A stretch of 64,000 bases of DNA. Source: Myxococcota bacterium (lineage in GTDB: Bacteria > Myxococcota_A > UBA9160 > SMWR01). Positions 48,561-57,812 of this stretch are shown one piece after another. The notes under the pieces are model-generated. The model saw nothing but the letters and a program-made list of their open reading frames with translations. It searched no databases and was not told the origin of the DNA. Where the stretch lies: contig JBNLVK010000109.1 in NCBI GenBank assembly GCA_050618055.1, forward strand, positions 4,433 to 68,432. The letters are read 5' to 3'. Position 1 is the first letter of the stretch, and each line of letters opens with the position of its first letter. A program made the position numbers and the translations under genes.

Positions 48561-49385
48561 GTGTGTCCCGACCAGGTCCCGGACCCCGACCGAGACGCGC
48601 TCACCCTTCGGGCGGACATCTTTCGGTTCGCGTCTGCTTTCAGCGTCCCGATTGCGGTAGCGACCGTCGGCTTCCTACTGACTAGCAGTTCGGGAAGCAC
48701 GGTCGTTCGCGGCCTTCTCGCAGTGGCCGCTTTCGTGTTCGCTTTCTGTGGTGCGTTCTGCATCTTTGCCCTCTCCAATGCTGCGCGCACAGTGTCGACG
48801 GGGAACTACGGCCTGGATGGACCCGCCCGCGCATCGCTGAAGACTGTCTACGTTTCGATTGCAGCCGGGCTCTCACTGCTGCTTCTTGCAACGACGTGCC
48901 ATCTTATCGCGCCTTCGCGACCAGCGAATCGCACCGAGGAACTCGCGGTGCTGATAGCCCTGCTTGCCGAAACACACGGCCCTCGCATGGCCCAGGGCGG
49001 CTTCTCCGTCCTCAGCCACCGCGTCGGGCCGTTTGCAGAAGCCAGCCACGAGCTAGGCCCAGAGCTGGCCAACGACGTTCAGAGCTTGGCTTCGGCGGTA
49101 TCCAGCGAGCTAGCTCCAGACGAGATCCGACTAGTTGCCATAGTTGGTGCAGCAGACAAGCGGGAATTGTCGGACTACGCCGCGACGGCGTACGGCACCA
49201 ATGTCGGTCTGGCACAGGCCCGTGCAACAGCTGTGCGCGATCTGTTCGGCGGTCTCCTGAATGTGCCGACCGAGCGTCGCTTGGCTCTCGCCGCAGGCCC
49301 AGAACACGTCGGCACGATGGTAGGACCGGAGTCCCTTGCAGAGGACCGATACGCGACGATCTGGATACTCCATACATCCAAGTAG
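48561..49385 (+). CDS. Multi-TM protein with OmpA/MotB-like C-terminal domain
   Basis: Three hydrophobic helices, then IVGAADKR..YGTNVGLAQARATAV..EDR, resembling the peptidoglycan-binding G.xD..N..L...RA..V motif. Confidence 0.6.
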   Translation: MCPDQVPDPDRDALTLRADIFRFASAFSVPIAVATVGFLLTSSSGSTVVRGLLAVAAFVFAFCGAFCIFALSNAARTVSTGNYGLDGPARASLKTVYVSIAAGLSLLLLATTCHLIAPSRPANRTEELAVLIALLAETHGPRMAQGGFSVLSHRVGPFAEASHELGPELANDVQSLASAVSSELAPDEIRLVAIVGAADKRELSDYAATAYGTNVGLAQARATAVRDLFGGLLNVPTERRLALAAGPEHVGTMVGPESLAEDRYATIWILHTSK

Positions 49386-49599
49386 CGGCTGTTCATCGTG
49401 CCAATGCAGCGCGTGGACGTCCCGAAACGCGAGGTGCCCCGCGCCAAGCCCTGCCTTAGCCGTTTGCAGGGCGAGTGGCCGGAGAGCGTCTCGACAGAGG
49501 GTCTCTACGGCGCGTACCAGTCCGACGCTCGCGCCAGGGTCGGGGTCGACCGGAATCCCGAATCGGGTTCGGGCGGACACTAAAGCGGCTCTGTCCTGC

Positions 49600-50043
49600 G
49601 ATCCGCGATCCTTGCCCTGGCCGAGAGATGGGGGGCGACCCCCGGGGCGTCGCAGACGATGCCATCTTCGCGGAGCATGGACACTCGGGCGGATCGATGG
49701 CCGCGGAGTTCCGCAGGTGCGGCGTCGACTTCGAACCGGCGAGCAAGGGAGACCGTCGATCCGGATAGGAAAAGATTCGACGGATGCTCGCGGATGCGGG
49801 CAAGCCCGATGTCCCGGGTTCTACGTGTCGCGAAGGTGCTCGTACTTCTGGGAAACCGTCCCGTACCTGGCCCGCGACCCGAGAAAGCCCGACGACCTCG
49901 ACAGCCGCGCACCAGACCACGTCGCAGACGCTGCCCGCTACGCGCTAACTGGTGAGCCGCCCGAGTTCGCAGTCGCCCCGCTCGATTGGTGGCAATCGCC
50001 CAGGCCTCCGTCTTGGCCACGGCCGACAAGCCTGCTTGCATGA
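49600..50043 (+). pseudogene. Phage terminase large-subunit nuclease-domain remnant
   Basis: GVADDAIFA..EFRRCGVDFEPASKGDRRSG*EKIRRMLADAGKPDVP [frameshift] GFYVSRRC.YFWETVPYLARDP..DDLD..DHVADAARYAL. Confidence 0.7.
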
Positions 50044-50141
50044 GCGCGGGGCGCCCTCCCCTCGCCCTCCTCGCCAAGAAGCTCTCGCAGACCGAACGCT
50101 GATACCCTACTGCTAGTTCGAGCAAGGCTGGCCCCGGAACG

Positions 50142-51299
50142 TTGACAGATCCCAAGAAGATCAAGCCCTCGGAAGACGCTGGCAGCGACACGCTTGCCCG
50201 ATATCGCTATCAGGCAGAAGTCATCCTGCCGTTCTGCGTGATGTGCGCTCTTGGAGACGAGATAATCTCGGTCATCCCGGAGCACTTGGAGGACGTGGCG
50301 ATCGAGTCCTCATCCGGCTGGCGGTTCATTCAGGTCAAGAGTCGAGACCCCGAGCGGGGGCCATGGAAGCTCTCTGACCTAACGGGCGATGGGGGCGCTT
50401 TGCGCTCGCTCCTACGGACGTACCGCGAAGTAGATAGGCTAGACGCGAGTCTGGAGATCTCCGTAGAGGGTGCCCTAAGGCGCCAAAACCCGATAGAGCA
50501 CCTTACGTCCGATGGCGACCGCGCTGACGCCAAGCTCGTGGAGGGCGTCAGCAAGGCACTGGAACTCGACAAGAACGACACCGTCGAGTTCCTCTCGCGG
50601 GTGTCGCTCTCGAACTCCCCGCCTCCGCGTGCGTTCGCCGAGCAAGCGAACCTCATTCTGCTTCACCAGCAGGACCCTGCCGCAGACCACGAAACCGTAG
50701 TCTCTCGTCACGAGGTGCTTGTCGCGGAGATCGAGCGGGCCATGCGCGCGGATCCGTTGGGTGGCGACTTCCCAAAGCACGTAACTCACCCAGCGCTCCG
50801 AACTTCTCAGACCGAGGAACTCCTAGCTGCCAAACAGCTCACACGTGACCGCCTTCGGGAGTTGATTCCCGACCTCGAAGAGGAACCCAAGAGCCTCCTA
50901 ATTAGGGCTGTGGATGCTGATAGCCCACCGATGACGATGCTTGAGCGGAAGCTTATCGCCGGTGGTGCAACAGAAGAGATCATCGAAACGGCACGTGGGC
51001 TCCGCGCCAACGCCCAGCGACACTGGATGCGCCTGAGAGCCGCATCGCGGTATCCTGTAGGGGCAAAGCTCGAGGACCTTCAGGTTCGGCTCGAGACGCA
51101 CGCCAAAGCACTCCGGGCAACGCATGAGCAAGACGTGCGGCCCGCAGTCGGGATGTGGTCAGAGATGCTGAGCCAGTTCACTACATCCGCGTCGACGATC
51201 GACTTCCATTCCGTGGTCGATCACGACCCCATGCTCTTGATGGGCGAGGTTGGCAGCCTTGCGGACGACTGCCTCATTGACTTCGGACTTGCCGAATGA
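50142..51299 (+). CDS. Lamassu/ABC-3C effector with Cap4-like (DUF4297) PD-(D/E)xK nuclease
   Basis: DAGSDTLARYRYQ, EHLEDV..FIQVKSR, C-terminal GEVGSLADDCLIDF; first gene of the ATGA-coupled triad. Confidence 0.82.
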   Translation: MTDPKKIKPSEDAGSDTLARYRYQAEVILPFCVMCALGDEIISVIPEHLEDVAIESSSGWRFIQVKSRDPERGPWKLSDLTGDGGALRSLLRTYREVDRLDASLEISVEGALRRQNPIEHLTSDGDRADAKLVEGVSKALELDKNDTVEFLSRVSLSNSPPPRAFAEQANLILLHQQDPAADHETVVSRHEVLVAEIERAMRADPLGGDFPKHVTHPALRTSQTEELLAAKQLTRDRLRELIPDLEEEPKSLLIRAVDADSPPMTMLERKLIAGGATEEIIETARGLRANAQRHWMRLRAASRYPVGAKLEDLQVRLETHAKALRATHEQDVRPAVGMWSEMLSQFTTSASTIDFHSVVDHDPMLLMGEVGSLADDCLIDFGLAE

Positions 51300-51808
51300 G
51301 GGCGGATCTGTTCCAGCCCTCCGACGAGGCAGAGGCCCGAATCCTCCTGCTGATCGAAGCGTTTAGCCGTGGTTCGCACGTACTCGAAGGTCGCACGAAG
51401 CTCGCCAAACTGGACTTCTTCCTCAGGTACCCATCGTACTTGAGGCGAGCACTCGAGATACGACGAAAGCCCGTGGGGGACCTCGACGAAGACGCACCCG
51501 ACCTCGAGACACGGATGGTTCGATATCGATACGGGCCCTGGGACCCATCGTTCTATGCCGTGCTGGGACGCCTGATCGGCAAGCGCCTTGTAGATCCGGT
51601 TCCGTCGAAGAGAGGAATCGCGTTTCGCGTCACGGATCGAGGTCGCGAGCTAGCCCAAGCGATCGCGTCCGAGCCGGTGTGGGAGGAAACGAACGACCGG
51701 CTGGATCTCTTGCGAAGGCACCTGAACCTCAAGGGCACCACGCTCAAGAACTTCATCTACGACAACTTCCCTGAGGTAACCAACGCATCGTGGGGTGATT
51801 CTCTATGA
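51296..51808 (+). CDS. ABC-3C middle component (winged-helix, LmuC-like)
   Basis: GRTKLAKLDFFLRYP, MVRYRYGPWD..Y, TDRG; coupled between effector and ATPase. Confidence 0.78.
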   Translation: MRADLFQPSDEAEARILLLIEAFSRGSHVLEGRTKLAKLDFFLRYPSYLRRALEIRRKPVGDLDEDAPDLETRMVRYRYGPWDPSFYAVLGRLIGKRLVDPVPSKRGIAFRVTDRGRELAQAIASEPVWEETNDRLDLLRRHLNLKGTTLKNFIYDNFPEVTNASWGDSL

Positions 51809-53682
51809 GAGTCCGCATCAACTCGATCGGCCTTGAGGGGACGACTCGACGCGTCTCCTTTGAGCCCGGCCTCAATATCGTCACCGGCCCTATCGCTAGC
51901 GGAAAAACAACCTTCCTGACCTGCGCCCGCGGGCTAATAGGTGGGTCCTTCAGCGGCCTCCCGCCTGAAGCAAGGGAGTCCGTGCGCGCCGTATCCGGAG
52001 ACGTGACGATCGGAAGCTCGCAGTTCTCAGTGATACGCCCTGCCGTAACGACCTCGAATGCGCGTGTAGATATCGCAGGCGATGACCTCGCGATCAGGAT
52101 CCCCGCCTCCAGACCCGAACCAGGGTCGCGCCTGACCTACCTCCATTGGCTGCTTGAACGCCTCGACCTTCCCAGGCTTGAGGTTCCGTCGGCGCCGACC
52201 AAACCGGATAGCGAACCGACTCCGGTCAGCCTCAGGGACTACCTCCGCTACTGCACGCTCTACCAGGACGAGCTGGGTTTCTCCGTGTTCGGCCACACCG
52301 ACTTTGCGAGAAACATTAAGCGCAAGTACGTCTTTGAGATCATCTACGGGCTCTACAGCGTCGAAACGGCACGGGTTCAGGACGAGCTACGGGAAGTACT
52401 CTCGAAGCTTCGCGTTCTCAGAAACCAAGACGAGCTGTTCTCCGACTTCCTGAAAGGAACGGCCCTGGAGAACAGAGCCGACATCGACCGGGCGCTTCAG
52501 GCGGCACGCCGCGACCTAGACTCTCTGGAACAGGAGATAACTGCCGCAGCAAGTCCACCGCGCGCTGACTCAGCAACCGAAGAGCTACAGCGTCAGATTC
52601 TGGCGCTCGAAGCGAAAGTTGAGGACAGGGCTGCAAAGGCTAGCGCCGAGCGAGCATCGGCCGAGGAACTGGAGCAGCTCGCTGCACAGCTCGAAGCGCA
52701 GGCGGGGAAGATCACGCGATCGATCGTCGCTCAGAAACACCTGCTCGATATCGAGTTCGTCGTTTGCCCGCGTTGCGGCTCAGAAGTATCGCACTCGAGA
52801 GGAGACGATTCGTCCTGCTACCTATGCCTCCAGGAACCGCAATCAAGCTTCTCAAGAGAAGTCCTGATTGAGGAGCTGGGTCGCGTGGAGAGTCAGATAT
52901 CGGAAGCCCGCGATTTGCTGGGCGCTCGAAGCGAGCGAGCACAAGACCTTGAAGAGGAGGCGCGGGAGCTTCGAACACAGCTCGAGACAGCGCGAACCGA
53001 ACTGGACTTCCAGACACGCGCGTTCGTGTCCGAACAAGCCGATCAGATCGCATCTATGGCATCGCGAAGGGCGGAGCTGAAGGCACAGGAGAAGCAGCTC
53101 GGCGAGTACCTTGGCATCTTCCGCAAACTCGATGAATCCAGAGATCAGGTCGCATCGCTGGAGCGCCGGCGGGACGAGCTTCAGGTTGAGCTGGATTCCG
53201 CCTCAGGCCATGAGTCGGAAGTTCAGGCGCGAATCGCCCGCCTAAACGAGTACTTCAACGAGATCCTCGAGAAGTTCAAGCCGCCTGAGTTTGGCGAGGA
53301 AGCGACTTCCCATATCGATCGGAAGACGTACCTACCGATCTACCATGGACGACGATTCGACGATCTGAGTTCACCTGGGCTCGGGACGCTCGTGAATGTC
53401 GCTCACGCGCTGGCTCACCAGCGAGCAGCTATCGAACTGGGACTCAGCCTCCCCAATATCCTCTTCATCGATGGTCTCAGCGAGCATCTTGGTGAGGAGG
53501 GTCTTGATCCGGAGAGGCAGGAGGCGATCTACGACCATTTGATCGAGACCTCAGAGGAACTCGGCGACCTGCTTCAGATCATCGCCATCGACAACCAGAT
53601 TCCACCGCAAGCCCGGCAGTTCGTGCGGCTAGAGCTTTCGGACAGCGACAAGCTGATCCCGCTGGATTCTCAGGACTCGTGA
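51805..53682 (+). CDS. SMC/Rad50-like ABC ATPase of a Lamassu/ABC-3C system (LmuB-like)
   Basis: GLNIVTGPIASGKTT Walker A, long coiled coils, CPRC..CYLC hook, LSSPG signature, LFIDG Walker B, QIIAIDN. Confidence 0.88.
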   Translation: MRVRINSIGLEGTTRRVSFEPGLNIVTGPIASGKTTFLTCARGLIGGSFSGLPPEARESVRAVSGDVTIGSSQFSVIRPAVTTSNARVDIAGDDLAIRIPASRPEPGSRLTYLHWLLERLDLPRLEVPSAPTKPDSEPTPVSLRDYLRYCTLYQDELGFSVFGHTDFARNIKRKYVFEIIYGLYSVETARVQDELREVLSKLRVLRNQDELFSDFLKGTALENRADIDRALQAARRDLDSLEQEITAAASPPRADSATEELQRQILALEAKVEDRAAKASAERASAEELEQLAAQLEAQAGKITRSIVAQKHLLDIEFVVCPRCGSEVSHSRGDDSSCYLCLQEPQSSFSREVLIEELGRVESQISEARDLLGARSERAQDLEEEARELRTQLETARTELDFQTRAFVSEQADQIASMASRRAELKAQEKQLGEYLGIFRKLDESRDQVASLERRRDELQVELDSASGHESEVQARIARLNEYFNEILEKFKPPEFGEEATSHIDRKTYLPIYHGRRFDDLSSPGLGTLVNVAHALAHQRAAIELGLSLPNILFIDGLSEHLGEEGLDPERQEAIYDHLIETSEELGDLLQIIAIDNQIPPQARQFVRLELSDSDKLIPLDSQDS

Positions 53683-53742
53683 GTCCCGATTGAGTCCGAG
53701 GCCGGAGCGGCCGACAAGAGCCTAGTGATCTCACACTGCTAG

Positions 53743-53773
53743 TGGTGGAGGCGGCGGGAATCGAACCCGCGTC
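53743..53773 (-). ncRNA. ssrA: 3' end fragment of tmRNA (att-like duplicate)
   Basis: GACGCGGGTTCGATTCCCGCCGCCTCCACCA matches the conserved tmRNA T-arm/acceptor end; the rest of ssrA is absent, with a CDS ending 90 bp away. Confidence 0.8.
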
Positions 53774-53859
53774 TGCCTACACCCTGCCCTTCGCTATCCC
53801 GGACGTTGGCGCCTGGCCTACGACTAGATCGAGCGAATGCGGCGGTGCCGGCGGAGTCG

Positions 53860-54600
53860 CTACCTGGTCTCGCCCTTCCTCGCTAGCAACAAGATGCGGT
53901 GTTGAGTCGTCTTGATGCGACCGTCGGAATCAGCGAGAGCAAAGACCTCCTCAAGTGCCTGGCTGTCTCTTCGCTCATCAAACTCGCGGATTGTTCCTGT
54001 TTCTTGAAAGAGGCGAAGGACACCCTCTGGCGAGAGCGAGGTACCCCATTTTCCGGTGCGCGCTTCTACGACATCAAACGAAGCTTCGAACTCTCGAACA
54101 AGAGACTTGAGTCGGCGCCCCTCTTCCATTAGGAACTGGCCTCTCGGCACGCCGTCGTTGTCCATGCCAAACGGCTCCTTCAGGTTCGCTTTGTCTCGCT
54201 CTCCGATCTTCTCGACGACCGCAATACCGGAAGGCGCAAGAACGCGAGAGAGCTCCCCGGCACTATGTGGAGCCAATAGCGACACGGCAACGTCGAACGA
54301 TCCATCGCGATACGGAAGGGACGATGCGTCGCCGACACAGAGAATGAACTGCCCAACCCCCAGTTGCTCGAGTCGAGCTCCGGCGAGCTTGAGCATCTCG
54401 GCACTCGGGTCGATACCACAGAAGGCGTGGATTCCTTCGGCGACATGGGCTGTCTTGGAGCAAGTCCCGCAGCCAACATCCAGGAACCGAGTAGATGCAA
54501 GGCACTCGGCTTCAATGACGTCCCCAATAGACCAGGGCCTTGGGTCTTCGCGCCCTCGAAGGAGCGAGTCCTCGTATCCACTCGTGTATACCTTGCTCAT
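53860..54600 (-). CDS. Class I SAM-dependent methyltransferase
   Basis: FLDVGCGT, GIDPSAEML, GDASSLPYRDGSFDV, ELSRVLAPSG. Confidence 0.88.
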   Translation of the reverse strand: MSKVYTSGYEDSLLRGREDPRPWSIGDVIEAECLASTRFLDVGCGTCSKTAHVAEGIHAFCGIDPSAEMLKLAGARLEQLGVGQFILCVGDASSLPYRDGSFDVAVSLLAPHSAGELSRVLAPSGIAVVEKIGERDKANLKEPFGMDNDGVPRGQFLMEEGRRLKSLVREFEASFDVVEARTGKWGTSLSPEGVLRLFQETGTIREFDERRDSQALEEVFALADSDGRIKTTQHRILLLARKGETR

Positions 54601-54604
54601 CGAA

Positions 54605-55894
54605 CTACCCACTTGATGTTGCGCGCTCAAGCGAGGTCAGATAACGGCTGTCGGCGAACAGAACCTTCGTGAGCGCATGCACGAGTTCCTCATCCTCCGC
54701 TAGCAAGTCCACTGCCCTTTGGATCGATCCTACGATTTCGCTCGTCCTGAGTCCATCGCGAAGGACATCGCCGCGCATCAGCAAGACTGACTCGCGGGAT
54801 GAAGGCTCGAACCCATCGGGATCCAGGTTGGTCGCTCCCCAGACTGTCTCAAGCAGGAGATTCAGCGGGGACCAGACGACACCGGCGATAGGCGCTTGGT
54901 GTGCAGAGAGAATGCTCATCGTATCGGCGGGTTCGCAGACGAGAATCTCCAGCTTCTCGACATCGAGACAGCGATAACGGTTGAGGTCAGCAAGGTAGCC
55001 AGAAGCGGTCCCATTGCCTGGAAGCAGAACGGACCCCGGGACCTCCGCACCCAGGCTGTGTGCCATTAGGCGGTGGCCCCCTCTCGGAAGAATGGCAACC
55101 GGCTCAAACTGCCGATCCTCGCTCGAGGCGAGGTAGCTCGCGGCTGATGTCAGCGGCAGCGCCACCATGTCGTAGTCCGACGAGACGTTGATAGCCTGGC
55201 GAAGCCGACGCGCTGAGTAGTCGATGTCAAGGTCAATGGAAATCGGCAGTCCTTGGACGAGCGAGGCGTGCTGCAGAGTGAGCACGGAAGTAAGGAGGGA
55301 GGCTGGGCAGAGCGCTCTCAGTGGCGCCACATCCGCGACCTGCGCGGGAGGCAGTGAGTCGGCCGATCTTGAGTCCAGGATCATGCCGGTGACTGCTGAG
55401 CAGATACGATCGGCTTGATCACGAGTTCCGCGCTCGGCCATGGCCGTAAACAAGTTGCGGAGATCAAGAAGTTGAGAGGAACGCAACATCTGCATCGCGT
55501 CCTGAGCGAAGCGGTTGCGAACGGAGTGAAGAAGCCCAGGCGCAGCCAAGAACTCAGGTGGTGGGGTTCGACGTGCGCCCAAAGAGTTGATGCGAGCCGC
55601 CGCTGCGTCGGGAATCGAAGGCGGCAAGGCGTGACTACGTCCGGTTTCAAGCTCGTGAAGGTCGATTCGGACAAGCCTAGCGATGCGCAGGCGACTCTTG
55701 GGGTCGAGGCGCTCACCTCGGAGGGCCCGCCTGAGGGTTGCATAGGGAACGTAGTAGGGGGTGCCCCAACTCCCCTCAGAGAGAGGCTTGGCACCGACCC
55801 GGAGCTCCTCGATCCGCCGCTGGAGAGTCGGCACATGAACGGTTGCGCTCGCGTGGCGAACCCGAGGTCGCGGACTTCCCGTAACTCGCTTCAT
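54605..55894 (-). CDS. Putative HTH protein with substrate-binding-protein-like C-terminal domain
   Basis: VPYATLRRALRG..RLRIARLVRIDLHEL is XRE-like; C-terminal alpha/beta region (YDMVALP, GTASGYL, AGVVWSP) resembles PBP type 2. Confidence 0.5.
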   Translation of the reverse strand: MKRVTGSPRPRVRHASATVHVPTLQRRIEELRVGAKPLSEGSWGTPYYVPYATLRRALRGERLDPKSRLRIARLVRIDLHELETGRSHALPPSIPDAAAARINSLGARRTPPPEFLAAPGLLHSVRNRFAQDAMQMLRSSQLLDLRNLFTAMAERGTRDQADRICSAVTGMILDSRSADSLPPAQVADVAPLRALCPASLLTSVLTLQHASLVQGLPISIDLDIDYSARRLRQAINVSSDYDMVALPLTSAASYLASSEDRQFEPVAILPRGGHRLMAHSLGAEVPGSVLLPGNGTASGYLADLNRYRCLDVEKLEILVCEPADTMSILSAHQAPIAGVVWSPLNLLLETVWGATNLDPDGFEPSSRESVLLMRGDVLRDGLRTSEIVGSIQRAVDLLAEDEELVHALTKVLFADSRYLTSLERATSSG

Positions 55895-55958
55895 GGGCCG
55901 CACTTAACTGACCCCTAAGTGGTACCGACACCTTCCAGCCGCCGTGGTTCCTTCGTCC

Positions 55959-56267
55959 ATGAAGGAGAATAGCCACATGCTTGAGGCGGACGCGATTGAC
56001 GATGCCCACGGAACACCTCAAGGCCGGTCAGAAGGCGGAACGCGCATGGAAGGAACGGAACAGCCGGGTCCCCTGAGGGCATCCGAGCCACGTGACTTCG
56101 TCGTTTCCACCCGGTTGACTAAGACCCAGTGGTTGGCCTTCCGCGCTTCAGCGAATGCTCTTGGAATTACTAGGTCAGATCTTCAGCTTGGGCTCATCCT
56201 CGCCTTCCTCGACGGGTGGGCAGACGCCTTGGACGCCGAGGCACCCCAGAACTCTGCTTCTCGCTAG
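55959..56267 (+). CDS. Small ribbon-helix-helix-like protein
   Basis: FVVSTRLTKTQWLAFRASANALGITRSDL pattern; start uncertain. Confidence 0.45.
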   Translation: MKENSHMLEADAIDDAHGTPQGRSEGGTRMEGTEQPGPLRASEPRDFVVSTRLTKTQWLAFRASANALGITRSDLQLGLILAFLDGWADALDAEAPQNSASR

Positions 56268-56271
56268 AGGC

Positions 56272-56796
56272 TTACGGGTCCCGCGATCCGCGGAGAAAGA
56301 TCTTGGCAAGAGCACGATCGAACGCAGCCAGGGCGACCGGATCATCGGCCGGTGGACGGCGAAGGGTCCCAGAAGCCCCCTCGGCCTCGGCCAGAATGGC
56401 ATCCCTCGCCTCCTCGAGGAGCCAGGACAAGGCCGCCCGGCCGATGTGCGAATCCGTGAGCCGCACGCCTCCAAGCGCGATGCCTAGCTCGGCCCTGAAC
56501 GAGTCCAATTCAGCCCGAATGCTCCGCCGCACCCTGAACTTCAGCTCCGCATTGATGGGCTCCACGGGCGGAGCGAGATCCTCGCCAACAACACCAGATG
56601 GGATCTGCTGAGTAGGGCGTGGCGCAGCAACTTGCTCCGCCGATCGGCCAACTGCGACCGATCGCCCATTTGGGTCTGTCGTCTCCCGCGGCGCGGCCTC
56701 CGTTGCGCCCTCGAGTGCTGAGGCCGCCCGAGCGAGGTCACCATCATCGCCGAAGATGTCGACCGGTTCCCGACTTGGACCTGGGCGCTTAGGCAT
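56272..56796 (-). CDS. ParA partner / centromere-binding adaptor (type Ib-like)
   Basis: Overlaps the parA stop; disordered N-terminus, then ELKFRVRRSIRAEL RHH-like strand-helix. Confidence 0.6.
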   Translation of the reverse strand: MPKRPGPSREPVDIFGDDGDLARAASALEGATEAAPRETTDPNGRSVAVGRSAEQVAAPRPTQQIPSGVVGEDLAPPVEPINAELKFRVRRSIRAELDSFRAELGIALGGVRLTDSHIGRAALSWLLEEARDAILAEAEGASGTLRRPPADDPVALAAFDRALAKIFLRGSRDP

Positions 56797-57697
56797 GTGC
56801 GGCGCCCTCCACGGCTAGAGCGTCTGGCGAGGCCCCTGCCCGTCCCGCGCGCTCACGCGCGATTCGCGCTTCAACTTCCCGCGCCAGTTCCCGGTACTGA
56901 GCGCTGACCTTGTGCGAAGGCACCGCCTCCAGGAGCAATAGGTTCTTCTGATAGGCGCGGTCGATGGCGGCGGCCGAACTAATCGTGGGCTCAAGCTTCA
57001 CGCGCCCACCCCTTCGGTCAAGAAACCCCTCGCGGATCTTGTGCTCGTAGTGCTTGTGCAGCGCGATGCGCCGATCGACGCCTGACATGATGAGCCCGAG
57101 CAGATGAAGGTCTGGGTTGCGCCCAGACTTCCGCGCATTGGCGATGTCCTGCAGGGCGTCCGGAAGCGACGCGATCGCCTGCTTCTCGGGTGTGATCGAC
57201 AAGATGAAGTAGTCGGCCACCAGATAGGCGCTCCGCGTCGTGGCGGACGCGTGGGGGCCCGTATCGATGATGATGTAGTCGTAGCGGCCCAGCGATCTCA
57301 GAGCATCGATATGCGGCTTGAGGCAGTTGCCGGGGCTCTCCCCCTGCCCCGCCTGGCGCTCAAGGCCCTGGAGGGTGCGTGACGACGGAATGAAGGCAAG
57401 GTTCTCGGGAAGGCGAGCCCCCTCGCCTTCGGCGTCACCACGAAGCACGGCGTCGTTGACGCTACAGGCACCCGTGACGACATCCATCGTCGTCCAGACG
57501 TTGCCTTCAGCGAGCCCGAAGACCTTGGTCGCGCCGTAGTTCTCATCGACGTCCCAGAGCAGGACCCGGCGTCCAACACCGGCGAGCGCAGCTGCGAGAT
57601 GAAGCGCGTTGGTCGTCTTCGCAACACCGCCCTTCTGCATGCCGACGGCAATCACGTCGGCCTCGCGGTTCATCTCTCGTGGTGGCGTTGTGCTCAT
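56789..57697 (-). CDS. parA: ParA family partition ATPase
   Basis: QKGGVAKTT deviant Walker A, RVLLWDVD, YDYIIIDTGP. Confidence 0.92.
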   Translation of the reverse strand: MSTTPPREMNREADVIAVGMQKGGVAKTTNALHLAAALAGVGRRVLLWDVDENYGATKVFGLAEGNVWTTMDVVTGACSVNDAVLRGDAEGEGARLPENLAFIPSSRTLQGLERQAGQGESPGNCLKPHIDALRSLGRYDYIIIDTGPHASATTRSAYLVADYFILSITPEKQAIASLPDALQDIANARKSGRNPDLHLLGLIMSGVDRRIALHKHYEHKIREGFLDRRGGRVKLEPTISSAAAIDRAYQKNLLLLEAVPSHKVSAQYRELAREVEARIARERAGRAGASPDALAVEGAAHA

Positions 57698-57812
57698 TTC
57701 TCCCCCAATCCGAATTCATCGTGTCAGGAGATGACGCGGCCGTCAAGCACAAACGACCCATCGGTGTGTATACCAGTTGGCCGATGGGCTTTCGGGAACA
57801 CGGGCTTGGAAG

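Noticed and set aside
48561-49385. Zorya (ZorB) system
   Set aside because: No ZorA/MotA-like partner or ZorC/D/E genes nearby
47005-49600. Integrase next to the tRNA att site
   Set aside because: No tyrosine (R-H-R-Y) or serine recombinase motifs recognised in any frame
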